Shown here piece by piece: positions 11,201 through 22,790 of a stretch of 64,000 nucleotides of DNA (position 1 is the first letter of the stretch; each line of letters starts with the position of its first letter). The position numbers were made by a program, and so were the translations under genes. The stretch lies in NCBI GenBank assembly GCA_964035545.1, contig OZ037766.1, positions 16,668,722-16,732,721 of the forward strand. Direction: 5' to 3'. The DNA is from Bugula neritina (taxonomy: Eukaryota; Animalia; Bryozoa). The notes beneath the pieces are model-generated. The model did not search any database and had not been told where the DNA came from. It saw only the letters and a list, made by a program, of their open reading frames with translations.

Positions 11201-14200
11201 TTGAGCCAATCTTTAATTATTTGCAAGAAGTCTATGTTGACAATTTTTTTACTTATAAAAGTTCATAAAGGAATTTTATGTAAAATTGTAGCATTTTGTA
11301 CGTAAAACTCAACTATTATTGATTGTATGTGACCCCAGGTGATCCTTGGGTTCGGCAAAATTTAAATAAATACTAGGCTTCTACTCTGATTTTTGTATTA
11401 AAAAGTATTGCCCAATTTGATTTCTGCTACATCGTTTAAATTGTTAGGAAAGAACTTATTGTTTCATATAGTCTAATGGTCACCGTTTTTGTGTAAATAT
11501 AAAATCTGCTTATTTTGTCAATCGCCCTTATTGTTAGTTCCTTTCTAAAATTATGTTCGAATTATTTTTTTGCTAATTTTTTAGGTTCTTGGTGCATACG
11601 AGAATATTTTCTTCTCTCACTCCAGTTGGTTTGTGTATCAGGCTACTAATCGGATATTTAAGTACTACAGTTTCAATATTGAAGAGTTGGCTTCAAAGGA
11701 AATTTCATTTTCTAGCTATCCAGGTTTGTAGAAACAACTTTTTACTCGAAATGATAATTTGTAAATGAACGAAGGGAAATGCATTTGTAAAAATCTTCTT
11801 CACCATCACCTTTTTATATCATTAAAAATATTGAAACCTACTAATTCTAGCTAGTATAAATATTAGCACTCAGCGATAATTTACCGATTGAGGGGTAAAA
11901 ACATGGTATCATATTTCATGTATATGTTAAATAGTTAAAATAGTTTAAATGACGCTCTCGATCTCCTATAGCGTGGAGTTGATTGTTGTGGTGCACTTAC
12001 ATATATAGTACTAGGTGGATTTAGAAAGTCCTGAGTTTCCTAGTAATATAAAGAGTGCTCGGTAGCAGACAACTAAGTTTTTTTTCCTTTCAAATGCTTA
12101 CAATAAAAAGTTTTTGCTACTAGAATAGTAGTTAAAGTTTAGCTTGCCCATAAATTTTTCTTTCAAGTATGAAAAAAACACTAACTAGATGCGCCCAGAT
12201 CCTAGACTAGTGGACTCAACAAGAAATGCCAAAGCAATATTGGCTGAAAATCAGTTTACCAAATACACCTAAAATTCTAGTCAACTTAACTAAATCTGTA
12301 AAATTATTTATTTTTATATGAATTCAGTAAAATTTTAGCGGAGTGAAATGCCTTATTTTTTACAAAGCCTTTATAAAGTTAATCCTCATTCCAAAAAGAC
12401 ATTCTACCTAGTCTATAAGTATATTAATCTATTTGTGATTCTACAAATGACTAGAATGTTCAAATCACTTTATGTTGAGTAATGAGTAATTATATAAACA
12501 TAGCTCCAAGTTAAGGCAAATTATTTCTTAGCAATTACGTTTTTTTAAAGTGTGTGTAACTAGAAATATTTGCTCCTACGCCACTCATTAAAGTAAGAAA
12601 ATCATGTCAATTTTTTCAGGTTTTCTAGAATCTCTTGATGATTTCTATTTGATGAGCAATGGACTGATTATGTTGCAAACAACAAACAACGTGTTCAATT
12701 ATGACTTATATGATTTGGTAACACCTCAGTCTTTGCCTGCCTGGGTGAGAGTCAGAGTAGCCAATCAGAAATCAAACACCGCCAAAGAATGGGGTAGTTG
12801 GCTTGCACAGTATAATTCAGGTCAGTGAAGCCATTTTTCGTTGAAACCCAACATGGCTTGGCAATATTGAGATTAGTTTTTAGATTCTTGTATAAACCTA
12901 TTTAATATTGTGTCATCACATGTATCAAGGAATCTTTTTACAATGAGCTGATATACCAATAACATTGTACACCTATCAAGCTATTGAAACAAAAAAATTA
13001 GACACGAGTGGTAAACATGAATGGTATACATGAGTGGTAAACATGAATAGTATACATGAGTGGTATACATGAATGTGTGATAAAATAAACTTTTAGGACC
13101 CAAAATGTATTTGCTCTAAGTTAATTTCCTAGTTTCATGCAACTAGGTTCTTTAAGGTTTTAAAAATAATTGGGATCCTAAATTATATGATATTTTAAAG
13201 AGACTAACTTATTTCTATTTGGTTGAACTTTAGCGCTAAGTTTTATACTGTGGTTTTAATGAATTCCTTCCAGTTAAGTAAAAATGGTTAACTCCCAGCT
13301 TTGTTAATTAGAACTTAGTGTTCCACTTGAGTTTGAAAAACATTCTCAACCTAATCTGCTCCAGAATAATCTAATACTGATACTTTACTCATTCTATGTT
13401 CCGTAGTCTTTCCGTGACAACAAACATACTTCGTTAAGCACATTTTTGTTCTAGGAAAGTTTTCCGTAAATACTCACATTATGGTGCTCTTTTAATATCA
13501 CAGCTGCCTAATGTTTCAAATTTTCTTATATGTCTGTTCAAAATAAGGAAGACCGATAATCGATAGAATATTAGAGGGTCTATGAAAATTTGTGCTACAT
13601 TGAGTTGTTTGATTTTTACTGCATGTCTTTGAAAAAATACTGTTATTCCAAGCAAAACTTAGAGTGTCATATTTATAGTTGTTGCAATCGCATGTTTTTA
13701 GAAGCCCGATATTATTCATATATAATTTATGTTATAAACTTGCATATTTGTAAGATTAGCCAACAATTAACACTGTCCTAATAGCTGCTACTCAGAACTA
13801 GTTATTAAAGTCTTTAGTTTTCAATTCCTTGTATGTTTTGTGCTTCAGGGACATACAACAACCAGTACATGGTTCTAGATTTGAATAAAGTGGTGCTAAA
13901 CAAAGCCATATATGATGATGCTTTGTATATTACTGAACAGATCCCAGGCTATGTCAAATTTGGAGACGCTACTGAGAAACTCAGACTAGGTTGGTGACCT
14001 ATATCCGATACTTTGTTGCTTATTGGTTAATAATATTAAACATTGAGTTATGGAATATCAAGGAAAATCACTAATCTTGCGGTTCTGTGCACAGGTTACT
14101 GGCCATCTTATAACGTCCCATTTTTTGAGGAGGTGTACAATCGTAGTGGCTATCCAGCTATAGTAGAGTCTAAGGGTTTAGATTTCTCATATCAGTTGGC

Positions 14201-15960
14201 ACCAAGAGCCAAGATATTTAGACGGGATGCAGCAAAGGTGGTTGATATGGATACCATGAAGCACATTATGAGATATAACGGTAGGTAAAAAGGTTTTTTA
14301 TATATATAATCAGATTTTATTTAGTATGAAAGTTAAATTATAAAGAAATAGTTTGATTTTAGAATTATACGCATCAAGTGTTATAAATTTACTCTCCTCA
14401 GCTGACATAGAAGGACTCACCAGAAACTGTGTAAATTTAAGGCCAAATTGTCTAAAGACAGCTAATATTAATGAGTTGTTAATAATTTATCTGAGTAAAC
14501 ATATTCGACTGTGGCCGACATAAAAAATTCTCATCATCATCAAACAAATAACATTGTCTTATCAAACTTTAACTATTTAAAACGTGATAAAAAGTTTCTA
14601 CTTCAAGTTTTAACAAGTCAATAATGTTTTTGGAGTCTCGTTGCTCTTTCAAGGATTTGGTAATTTTTTTGTGTTGCCATCAGATGCTAGGTTATATGAA
14701 AAGGTCACCTATTGCTGAACTGATTTCATAGTTCACTACCAGTCTTTGTGGTGATTTTGTTTAGACTACAAGGTTGACCCTTATTCTGAGAAAAATGCCT
14801 GCGACACCATTTGCTGCCGTGGTGATTTGCTAGTAAATGGAACCAGGCCTGACGGTTGCTATGACACCAAGGTAAATACACTTACTGATTATAAAAAAAT
14901 GGTGTAACATTTATTTTGAAATTAGTAGTTGAAAATTCCCTGACACACTTCACTTATGCAGTACTAAAATATTCTTATATATGTTAGTTTTCATTTGCAT
15001 ACTGTTTTAAGATTGGATGCCTAAACAATTTTGTTTTATAATGAATTTTGTACGAGTGTGTACTGAAATGATTTGGGATTTCTGATCGCCTGGAAATGAA
15101 GTCTTTAAACTTTCAAGCCATCTCAGTGATTATGCTGTGCAGTGCAGCAGCTAACAATAGGATGCAATGAAAGTTAACCATAATTGGTATAAGCTTTATA
15201 GCACTGGTAAAGTCAAAGCCTACCGAAAATTTTATTTCCAGGCGATCAGAAATCCCAGATCATTTCAGTACACACTCGCACAAAATTCATTATAAAACAA
15301 AATAGTTCAGGCATCCAACCTTAAAACAGTATGCAAATGAAAATTAACATATATAAGAATATTTTAGTTCTGCTTAAGTGAAGTGTGTCAAGGATTCTTT
15401 AAGAATTTTGCATCAAGCTCTAGCTGTATTGTGCTACTCTGGCTTTGAACATGTCATGCTTGAGTTTAGTCTTGGGTTGTGAACGGGCTTTCTTGTGTAC
15501 ATCAAGTTCAATGTATCAGTATTTTTTAGTAACGTATCATGGAGCTACTGTTCTTGTAAAGTTATTTTTACTTCAGTTTACGTATGAAAATTAACTGCTT
15601 CATTTTATTTTAATCTTTGACACATGTAACTTGTAAGTATGTCATAAGCTGCTTTTGCAGAAGTAATCCTTCCAAAGTTGAAGTTGTTTTCTTTATAAGC
15701 ACTTGTAACTTTTTGCCACAAAACTTGAAGTTATACAAGCTGTAAAATAATTGTGGTGCAAAATAACTATTTTATCATAAACTGCTTTGTAGGTTGCAGA
15801 TCTAAAAATGGCAGCTGATCGAACAGCCTGGGTCATTAATGGACCTTCAACTTCTAGCTCTCTCCCACCATTCACTTGGTCCCAGTTTCCAAATTCTACT
15901 CATGCTGGTTTGCCAGACACTTATGATTTTGACTTTGTTTTAATGAAACCTTTGTTATAA
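4965..15960 (+). CDS. PLBD1: Phospholipase B-like 1 (lysosomal Ntn-hydrolase), ~542 aa, 10 coding exons
   Basis: Exons 4965-5037, 5280-5508, 9984-10206, 10540-10701, 11585-11723, 12620-12820, 13849-13989, 14095-14280, 14765-14871, 15793-15960 (1629 nt, all GT-AG, in phase). Signal peptide, HCSAMIK nucleophile motif, [41 protein letters not shown]. Confidence 0.93.
6986..8533 (-). pseudogene. Spliced THAP-domain / HTH transposase N-terminal half (premature stop, DDE domain not found)
   Basis: Exon 8533-8434 [32 protein letters not shown] (TAA at 8489-8491) splices in phase 1 to exon 7865-6986: [24 protein letters not shown]...VICGKHF..PTL (THAP), coiled coil, [24 protein letters not shown] (HTH_Tnp_4-like), ending at AG|gtaaag. 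Confidence 0.8.
8023..8230. repeat. Compound (CA)n/(TA)n microsatellite
   Basis: Long TA runs flanked by CA/TG runs inside the transposase intron. Confidence 0.95.
13002..13074. repeat. 13-bp tandem repeat (ACATGARTGGTAW) ~6 copies
   Basis: acacgagtggtaa acatgaatggtat acatgagtggtaa acatgaatagtat acatgagtggtat acatgaatg. Confidence 0.8.
14933..15398. mobile_element. Fold-back MITE with ~165-bp TIRs (possibly TTAA-type/Kolobok-like)
   Basis: 14938-15100 (ccctgacacacttcactta...tctgatcgcctggaaat) is the reverse complement of ~15234-15393 with scattered mismatches. Right flank ends ctttaa; left flank is degenerate. Confidence 0.85.
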
Positions 15961-16321
15961 AACTACTGGTTTACAATTGTGAATTCAATATAAATATAAA
16001 TGTTATTTTATTTTGCTCAAACTTTCTATAACTAGTCTTGTGTGATTAATGTGTTGATTCTTGTGATGAACCACGGGTTGATTTGTAATGTCTCATTTAT
16101 ACTGTTTTGATATTGAATCTTGTACCACCAGATAGGATTTTTCTTGATTTTTAGAAACCTTTTATTTTAGAACAGCTGCAATATCTTTGATCATTCAAAA
16201 AGAGCATTTACTATCATATGCAAACTATTTCTCAAACAAAAGAATAATATACTCGCTGTGAAAATTTTACATTATTTATAAAAGGACAATTTCAACTATG
16301 TACAATGGAAAATAAAATTTA

Positions 16322-19214
16322 TCATCTAAATCCAAGTTTTTTCTTTTCCTTGTCTTTCTTTTTAACAACTTCAATATTTCTATCTTTCCATGTACTCTTT
16401 CGGAGTTTGATGGGGCGATTTCCCACATATTTGCCTAAATATATTAAAGAGGATTTAAAAACTGGGCCATGGTCTTCATAGTTACAGAATGGCACATTTA
16501 TTATTTAGTACATGCATTTATCTTTTTAAGTAACAAAATAAAATACTGAGAATTACTTAAGAACTTGACTCAACAGATCTGTCTTTAAATTGTTTTTGGT
16601 ATTCTACTGCTGCAATGGTACCAATTTAGAGAGAGATTTTAAGAAAATAATCTAATTAGTTCATGTAAATTTTGACCTGACTGAAACATGAGTCGAATTA
16701 CACAAACTGTCAAATTCACCTAACAAGACACAATGTTGTTAAAATTAAATTGAGTGCCATCTCATTAGAACGATCAATAAAAAATACATTTAAACAACAA
16801 AAAAGTAAGATAATTATGAGCCATTTATATACAAGTAAAGCAGTATATTAGATTTTGTTTACCATACACATCTTGCTGTATAAGTTGGAGATTATAAAAC
16901 TGGGAGAAATTACATGTTTGAGGGATGATTATTTTCATAGAAAGTACTACGTAAGCTTTGTCAAACTAAGGTGAAAAAAGTATGGATTCTGAAACTAACA
17001 TGTGCAAATTTTACAGTAGCCTACAAACGATAAAAACAAAATATTTTCATGTGTTTTTATCCAAAAATCCTGAAATAATAAATGGTGCATGCATATCAAG
17101 TTAAATGAAATGATTCAAACACATTACTTTGCAAGACACAACCCACCAGAAAAATCTGACCGCTCTAATAATAATCTCACGATAAGGACATCAAGTTACA
17201 ACTGCTACTGCATTATATTAATAAGTAAAGCTACAAAAATAATCCATTATAGTTTCAGTGGTAGAAAAATCATACATACAAGTGATACATATTTAGAAGT
17301 TGAAGCCGATAGGATAATGGAAAGCATACCAAGGTTAAACGATAGTCATATTATACATACCATTCATTTCTCGCATAGCTCTAGTATAATCAGCAGGGTC
17401 TTTAAAACTTATGAATCCAAACCCCTTTGTCTTATGTGTTCGTCTGTCCCTTATCACTTTTGTTTTCTGTAATGATGGATACTTTTTAAAAGCTTCTGCT
17501 AATTTCTCTTCGGTAACTTCATTTCCCAAATCACCACAGAAAATTCTGAAGTCGTCTAAAATTAGTACAAATGACCCCATATTAAAATAAAACCAGTACA
17601 ACTTTATAATAATGTTGTAAGACCTAATTTACGAGAAAAATTCACTAACACTAATGTTGATGAGCACTACAACGCTAGAAAAGCCTACTTCGAATATAAC
17701 AAATATATTTTCAGTTGAAATGGGGTTATCAACACAAATACTTCTTAAAAGTTCAATTAGTGCTCAAGATAAGCTTACTTGGATCCCACTCTAAAAGGCT
17801 GGTATCTTCCCATACTTCATTAGCAGCTGTTCTAATAATCTTTTTCTCTTTAGGGGCTTTACCTTTTTTCTCTTTTTTAGCAGCCGGTGGAAATTGATGA
17901 GAATCGCTGAGAGATGCTGCAGATACAGATGCCTCTACTGAAGAAGCTGCGGAACTGCCTACTGCAGAAGATTCATAAAAAGAGTCAGTAGCTTCACGCT
18001 TTTTGCTAATTCGATCCACAGAGGAGGTGAGTTCAGGTTTTGTGTCCTGACCAGGTTTATTCATGACTGGTTTAGATGAATAGACTACTTTGGGTGCACT
18101 CAACACTGGTGGGCTACTGTAGCTTACCGGTTTACTGGAAAACGAACTGGACTGGTTGCCTACACTTTGAGGCATCCGAGGCATTTGCGAAACAGACGGA
18201 GGCCGTTGCATAAGTGGCTGTTGGTTGCCAGGCCCAGGGAAAGTTGCTGGACCTGCTGGTCTGCTCATTCCCGGGGGAGGAGGCGGGCCTCTCAGTTTCA
18301 GCTGTGGTGGTAAGAAAGGAGAGGAGGCAGGACCAGCCATGCTAGGAGGACGAGGTGGTCCACTCAGGGGCCTCATGCTATCTGATTGACCGTTCATTGG
18401 AGGTCGAAATCCAGGTGGTAGAGGTGGGCCAGTCAGCTTCCCAGCACCCAACCCTGATGAGTTTGGCCCTAAATTTTAACACAACAACTAAAATGAAGCA
18501 AGTCATGGTGTACAAAAAAGATAATACCATGCAATAAAAAATTAGGAGAACTTATCTAGGGATTTGGTGAAACAGAACCACTGATGTGTGGAGTGACAGT
18601 TTACACAAGTCATCTATGAGCAGCTAACTAAGCACTGGTGTCTAATGCCAGTATTTGTTGTAAAACAATGATTGGCTAAAACAAATAGACTGGGTGCTTT
18701 ATAAAAACTTTAGACATTTGGTTTCAAAATAAATGTTTTCATCGAAAATTATAAACCTACTACAGTGTACCTTGTTTACTTTTTGTTTGCTTGAAGTTAT
18801 ATTTATCATGAGAGACAAGTTTCCATAAAAACCGTACCAGAAAAATTGGTGCCCTGTGGAGGCTGTGCAGAAGCATTTGTTGAAGATCCGTAGACTTGCG
18901 CTCTCAATGCACTCAATTGCTCCTGCACTGAAGTGAATGTGTTTGCTCCTATCACTAACGAGTTAACCTGAGCAGAGCCACCTGATGGCGCCTTATGCGG
19001 AGCAGCTGCTCCACTGCCCATAATTTCTTGCTCAAACCTACAAAAACATGAGATTGATACAAGGCTATAACAAAAAGGTGCACTGAATTATCATATGAAT
19101 CTGCTCTACCCCATTAAAAGTGCAGCATTAATGCTCACTAACTTAAAAGAAATTTAATCAAACAGATATTTCAACTTTAACATACCTTGACATTTCATCT
19201 TCCAGATTCGCCAT
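16322..19214 (-). CDS. RBM42: RNA-binding protein 42, ~408 aa, 5 coding exons
   Basis: Exons 19214-19186, 19037-18838, 18468-17779, 17555-17361, 16434-16322 (1227 nt). N-terminal LEDEMSRFEQEI, Pro-rich middle, RTAA..WED.SLLEWD, RRM DFRIFCGDLGNEV...KTKGFGFISF...AMREMNGKYVGNRPIKLRKS.WKDR. Confidence 0.95.
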
Positions 19215-19799
19215 GATAGTGACCTTTGACCTACTAACAACTATAGAGGTAAAATGAGATGAAAGTAGTTTAGATAAATATTACTTTAAAATAATATAAA
19301 TGTTCCAACATGTACTCAATTTTATATTTTGGACATCTTCTAAAGCGAAGCACTAAACCAGAGTATGTTTCAGCAATTTGTAAAGTAGCACATGGAGAAT
19401 GTGTTTAGACAAGGCCAGCAGTACATAGGCAGAAACAGAATTCAATTTTTTCAGATGATAAATAATTAGTTTCATGTTTGCAGCTAAAATGTTTTATGCT
19501 AACTTATTAAAATATGTTGAAACGAATAAAAAAAACTGTTGTTTGTGATGCAACTAAATTTCAAAATAGCATAATGAAAAAAGTGCAAATCAAGAGACCG
19601 AATGGGGGGGGTCAGCCACAGAAACTCAAGTCAACGGCTCTCCCATTCTAGCCATGGCTCAAATAAAAACATTCCTAGTCCATTTCAAATCAAGTACTAA
19701 ATTTATTTGACTTCCGCCACTTGGAAACGGCTTGGAAATACTTAGCTACTATCAATCTTTCAGTAATAAAGGATTTATAGTGAAGTCTTACACCACATT

Positions 19800-20520
19800 G
19801 ACATAGAAATATTTGTATGAGTATCACTATCCCTATAATTGTGTATACTTATGAATATGTGTCACTATTAGACTCAGTAGAAGTATTACTAACAGTATGT
19901 AAATATTAAATCTTGTATTGTTATTTCAAGTTTGAGTTACATCCAGTTCAACATGAAATATAATAGTAATACATGATTAAATTAGTATTACCATCTTAAA
20001 ATTTTTATGCTCAGACTTATATTTAATAATATAAAGACACTAACAGTAATATTAATACTGTCTAATAGTAATAGTAAATGTAATAGTATATTTATATGTA
20101 TTACTGTTACTAATAGTATGAGTATGAATCACAGTTGCAATGACAATTTGACTATGATAAATGATAATTAAATATAATTATAAATAGTAAAATACAGAAT
20201 ATGAATACTTATACTTATAGTTAATGTTATATCGTAGTAACTATAACTATAACTATAAGTATAAGTATAACTATAACTACGTATAGTATAAGTATAACTA
20301 TTACTATTAGCATTTGTAATAAAAACAATAGTGATACTGGTAATCATAATGATGAATACATTAATGAGTATGATTAACTTTAGGTGTAAGACTAAGAGTT
20401 AGTGATGAACTGTAACATTGAATTCGATGACATCGAATTTGATGATATTGAATTTGATTGAATCACGCATTCAGCATTGAATTTGACTATAACAATAACA
20501 ACAACGGCTTTTTAGGAATT
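19800..20520. repeat. Degenerate 3/6-nt periodic AT-rich tract (RBM42 side)
   Basis: Examples: ctataactataactataagtataagtataactataac; gatgacatcgaatttgatgatattgaatttg. Confidence 0.75.
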
Positions 20521-20639
20521 GGAAATTAATTAATTTGAATTGTTAATGTGTTGCTACATAAAAAGCAGTGAAATTTATCCATTGTCATAAATTATAAGTT
20601 GACATACGCTCTTTGATTATCATAATCAAGTGTCAGTGA

Positions 20640-20820
20640 TAATCAATTTGATTTTCGAAATCTCACAAATTTTCTCCGGAAACGCAGCGCTCCGCCGCAC
20701 TAAATACTTTTCTTCCTATTATTTGGTTAAAGCTCTTGCATATTACTTGCTGACTTGCTCAGTCTTATTCAATTCCATCTTTATATTACTCAGATATTGA
20801 TATTACTCACACAGGTTACG
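20640..20820. promoter_or_regulatory. Putative bidirectional promoter core for RBM42 and BOD1L-like
   Basis: CpG-rich patch (ctccggaaacgcagcgctccgccgcac) between head-to-head genes, with an ETS-like CCGGAA at 20676-20681 and a candidate donor CAG|gttacg near 20815. Confidence 0.45.
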
Positions 20821-20829
20821 AAAATCAAA

Positions 20830-22745
20830 ATGATTATAAGTATGATTTTTGCAAATGCCTACAAACATAAATTGACGTTTAAAGTGATTACAACTATAAG
20901 TCTCACGAGCTCCTTGCCAGGATTTGGGGCTCCCTGATACTGATAGTGATAGTCATAGTGATATTGCTAAGACTAAGAGTAAGCCTAATACTAATATTAA
21001 TGCTCATACTGTAATAGTAATACTAATAGTAATAGTAATACTAATAGTAATAGTAATACTTATAGTTATAGTTATACTAATACTAATAGTAATACTAATA
21101 TTAAGTACTATTAGTATTAGTAATAGTAATTTAAATAATAACTATCAGTTTCAGTTTGCAGTGTTTAACTTCATGTTATTCGTATTACTAGTACTAGGTC
21201 TAGTGCTACTAGTACTAGTAGTAATAATACTAATAGTAATAGTAATACCAATACTAATAGTAATAGTAATACTATTTCGATTCGTAGCAATTGGAGTCTA
21301 ATACTTATACTAATACTAATAGTAATAGTAATACAGTAAATGCAATACTGTTACTGTAGCAGATTAACACTGACAGTAACTCATTTAGTTTTACTTTTAC
21401 ATTTTGATTTAGTCATTTACTTTGAGTCATACTCATACTGGTACTCATTTTACATTTAATTTTATCATATTCATTATCATTATGATTATGATTTACAATT
21501 ACTTTTAGTTTTACTCTAACAGTAACTCTAAGTTTAGTAGCTTGAGTTACACTTACTCTTAGTCTTGACTGTTAGTGTTACTCTTAGTAACTTAGTACTT
21601 ATTGGTGTCATTTCAGATAGACGCTTCCCAGTTACACGCTAGGCTAAATTTCTCACTTGGACACTTTCCAGTTAGACTTTATTTATTCATTTTGGTACAA
21701 TATATATTTTATGTGCAATTTATTTAAATATTAGTTAAATATATGTGTATATTTAGATAAAGCATGTATTGAGCACATTTAACCAAACTTCTTTGATCTG
21801 CATTAACATATTAATTTTGCGTACTTTTGCTTCTTGTCTGAACAGATATTTTGTTAATGAGTATTCATTAATTAATGATAATGTTTATTATTAATATATT
21901 ACTGTTTTGAAAATTAGAATATTATTCCAGATGATTCGTGTGAACTATTGTAGCTATTAGCATTTTAGCTATTTAGCATTCAGTACAACGATCATATAGG
22001 TATATATAGGTATATTACTATATAATTATATGGCACCAAAATAAAAACCAGTGTCTAACTGGGAAGCGTCTATCTGGGATGAAACCTACTTATTGTTTCT
22101 TTTACACTTAATTTTACAGTAACAGTTACTGTCGGTGTTAATGTTAGAGTTCCACTTACTATTAGTCATTACATTGTAACTTACAGTCACAATGTTACGC
22201 TTACAGTTAAACTTATTATAATTGTCTTACAGTTTACTTTAGTTTTACACTTAGTCTTACTGATGCTCACTTAGTCTTACAGTTACTGTCAAAGTGTCAA
22301 GTGTTTTACAGTTTAAGTTGCATTTACTTTTAGTCTTACAGTTATTTTTACAATTACTCTATGTCGTACAACTAGCCCTACAGTTACTGATACTAGTGAG
22401 TTAAATAATGTTTTAAAAGTACTAATCTTTTATTATTTCAATTTTATCTTCAAGTTTATAGTGTGTCACACTCAGTATGCCTAATCTTGCACACCTACAC
22501 TAACTTATATTTAGTGTAAGTAATATTGTAGTAATATTCGGTGTTGCTAACTGTAAAAAGCAAAAAGTAAGTATGACCAGTCACGCTCACAGTGCAACTG
22601 TAAGAATAACTATTGATATAAATTATAAAACTAAGTAACTGTTAGTAAAACATACGTATTACTATTAGTAAAAATTTAAAAATAAGAGTAAGTTGATCAC
22701 TATGAGATTCTGATTCACAGTAATATTATGATCACCATAATTATT
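20830..22745. repeat. Degenerate 3/6-nt periodic AT-rich tract (BOD1L side), core (GTAATA/CTAATA)n
   Basis: gtaatagtaatactaata repeats 21010-21335 grade into ttacagtttactttagttttacacttagtc-type units; interrupted by the MITE at 21604-22086. Confidence 0.85.
21604..22086. mobile_element. MITE with ~36-bp TIRs (probably TA-targeting Tc1/mariner-like)
   Basis: Left GGTGTCATTTCAGATAGACGCTTCCCAGTTACAC; right GTGTCTAACTGGGAAGCGTCTATCTGGGATGAAACC followed by TA. A second family member lies at 49754. Confidence 0.8.
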
Positions 22746-22790
22746 GTGAGTTTAATTTCTCAAATATGTGAATTTAGATAAGGAACTGGC

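Noticed and set aside
20924-21301. 125-aa Ile/Val/Leu-rich ORF resembling a membrane protein
   Set aside because: Translation of the (GTAATA/CTAATA)n tract; non-ATG start and no family resemblance.
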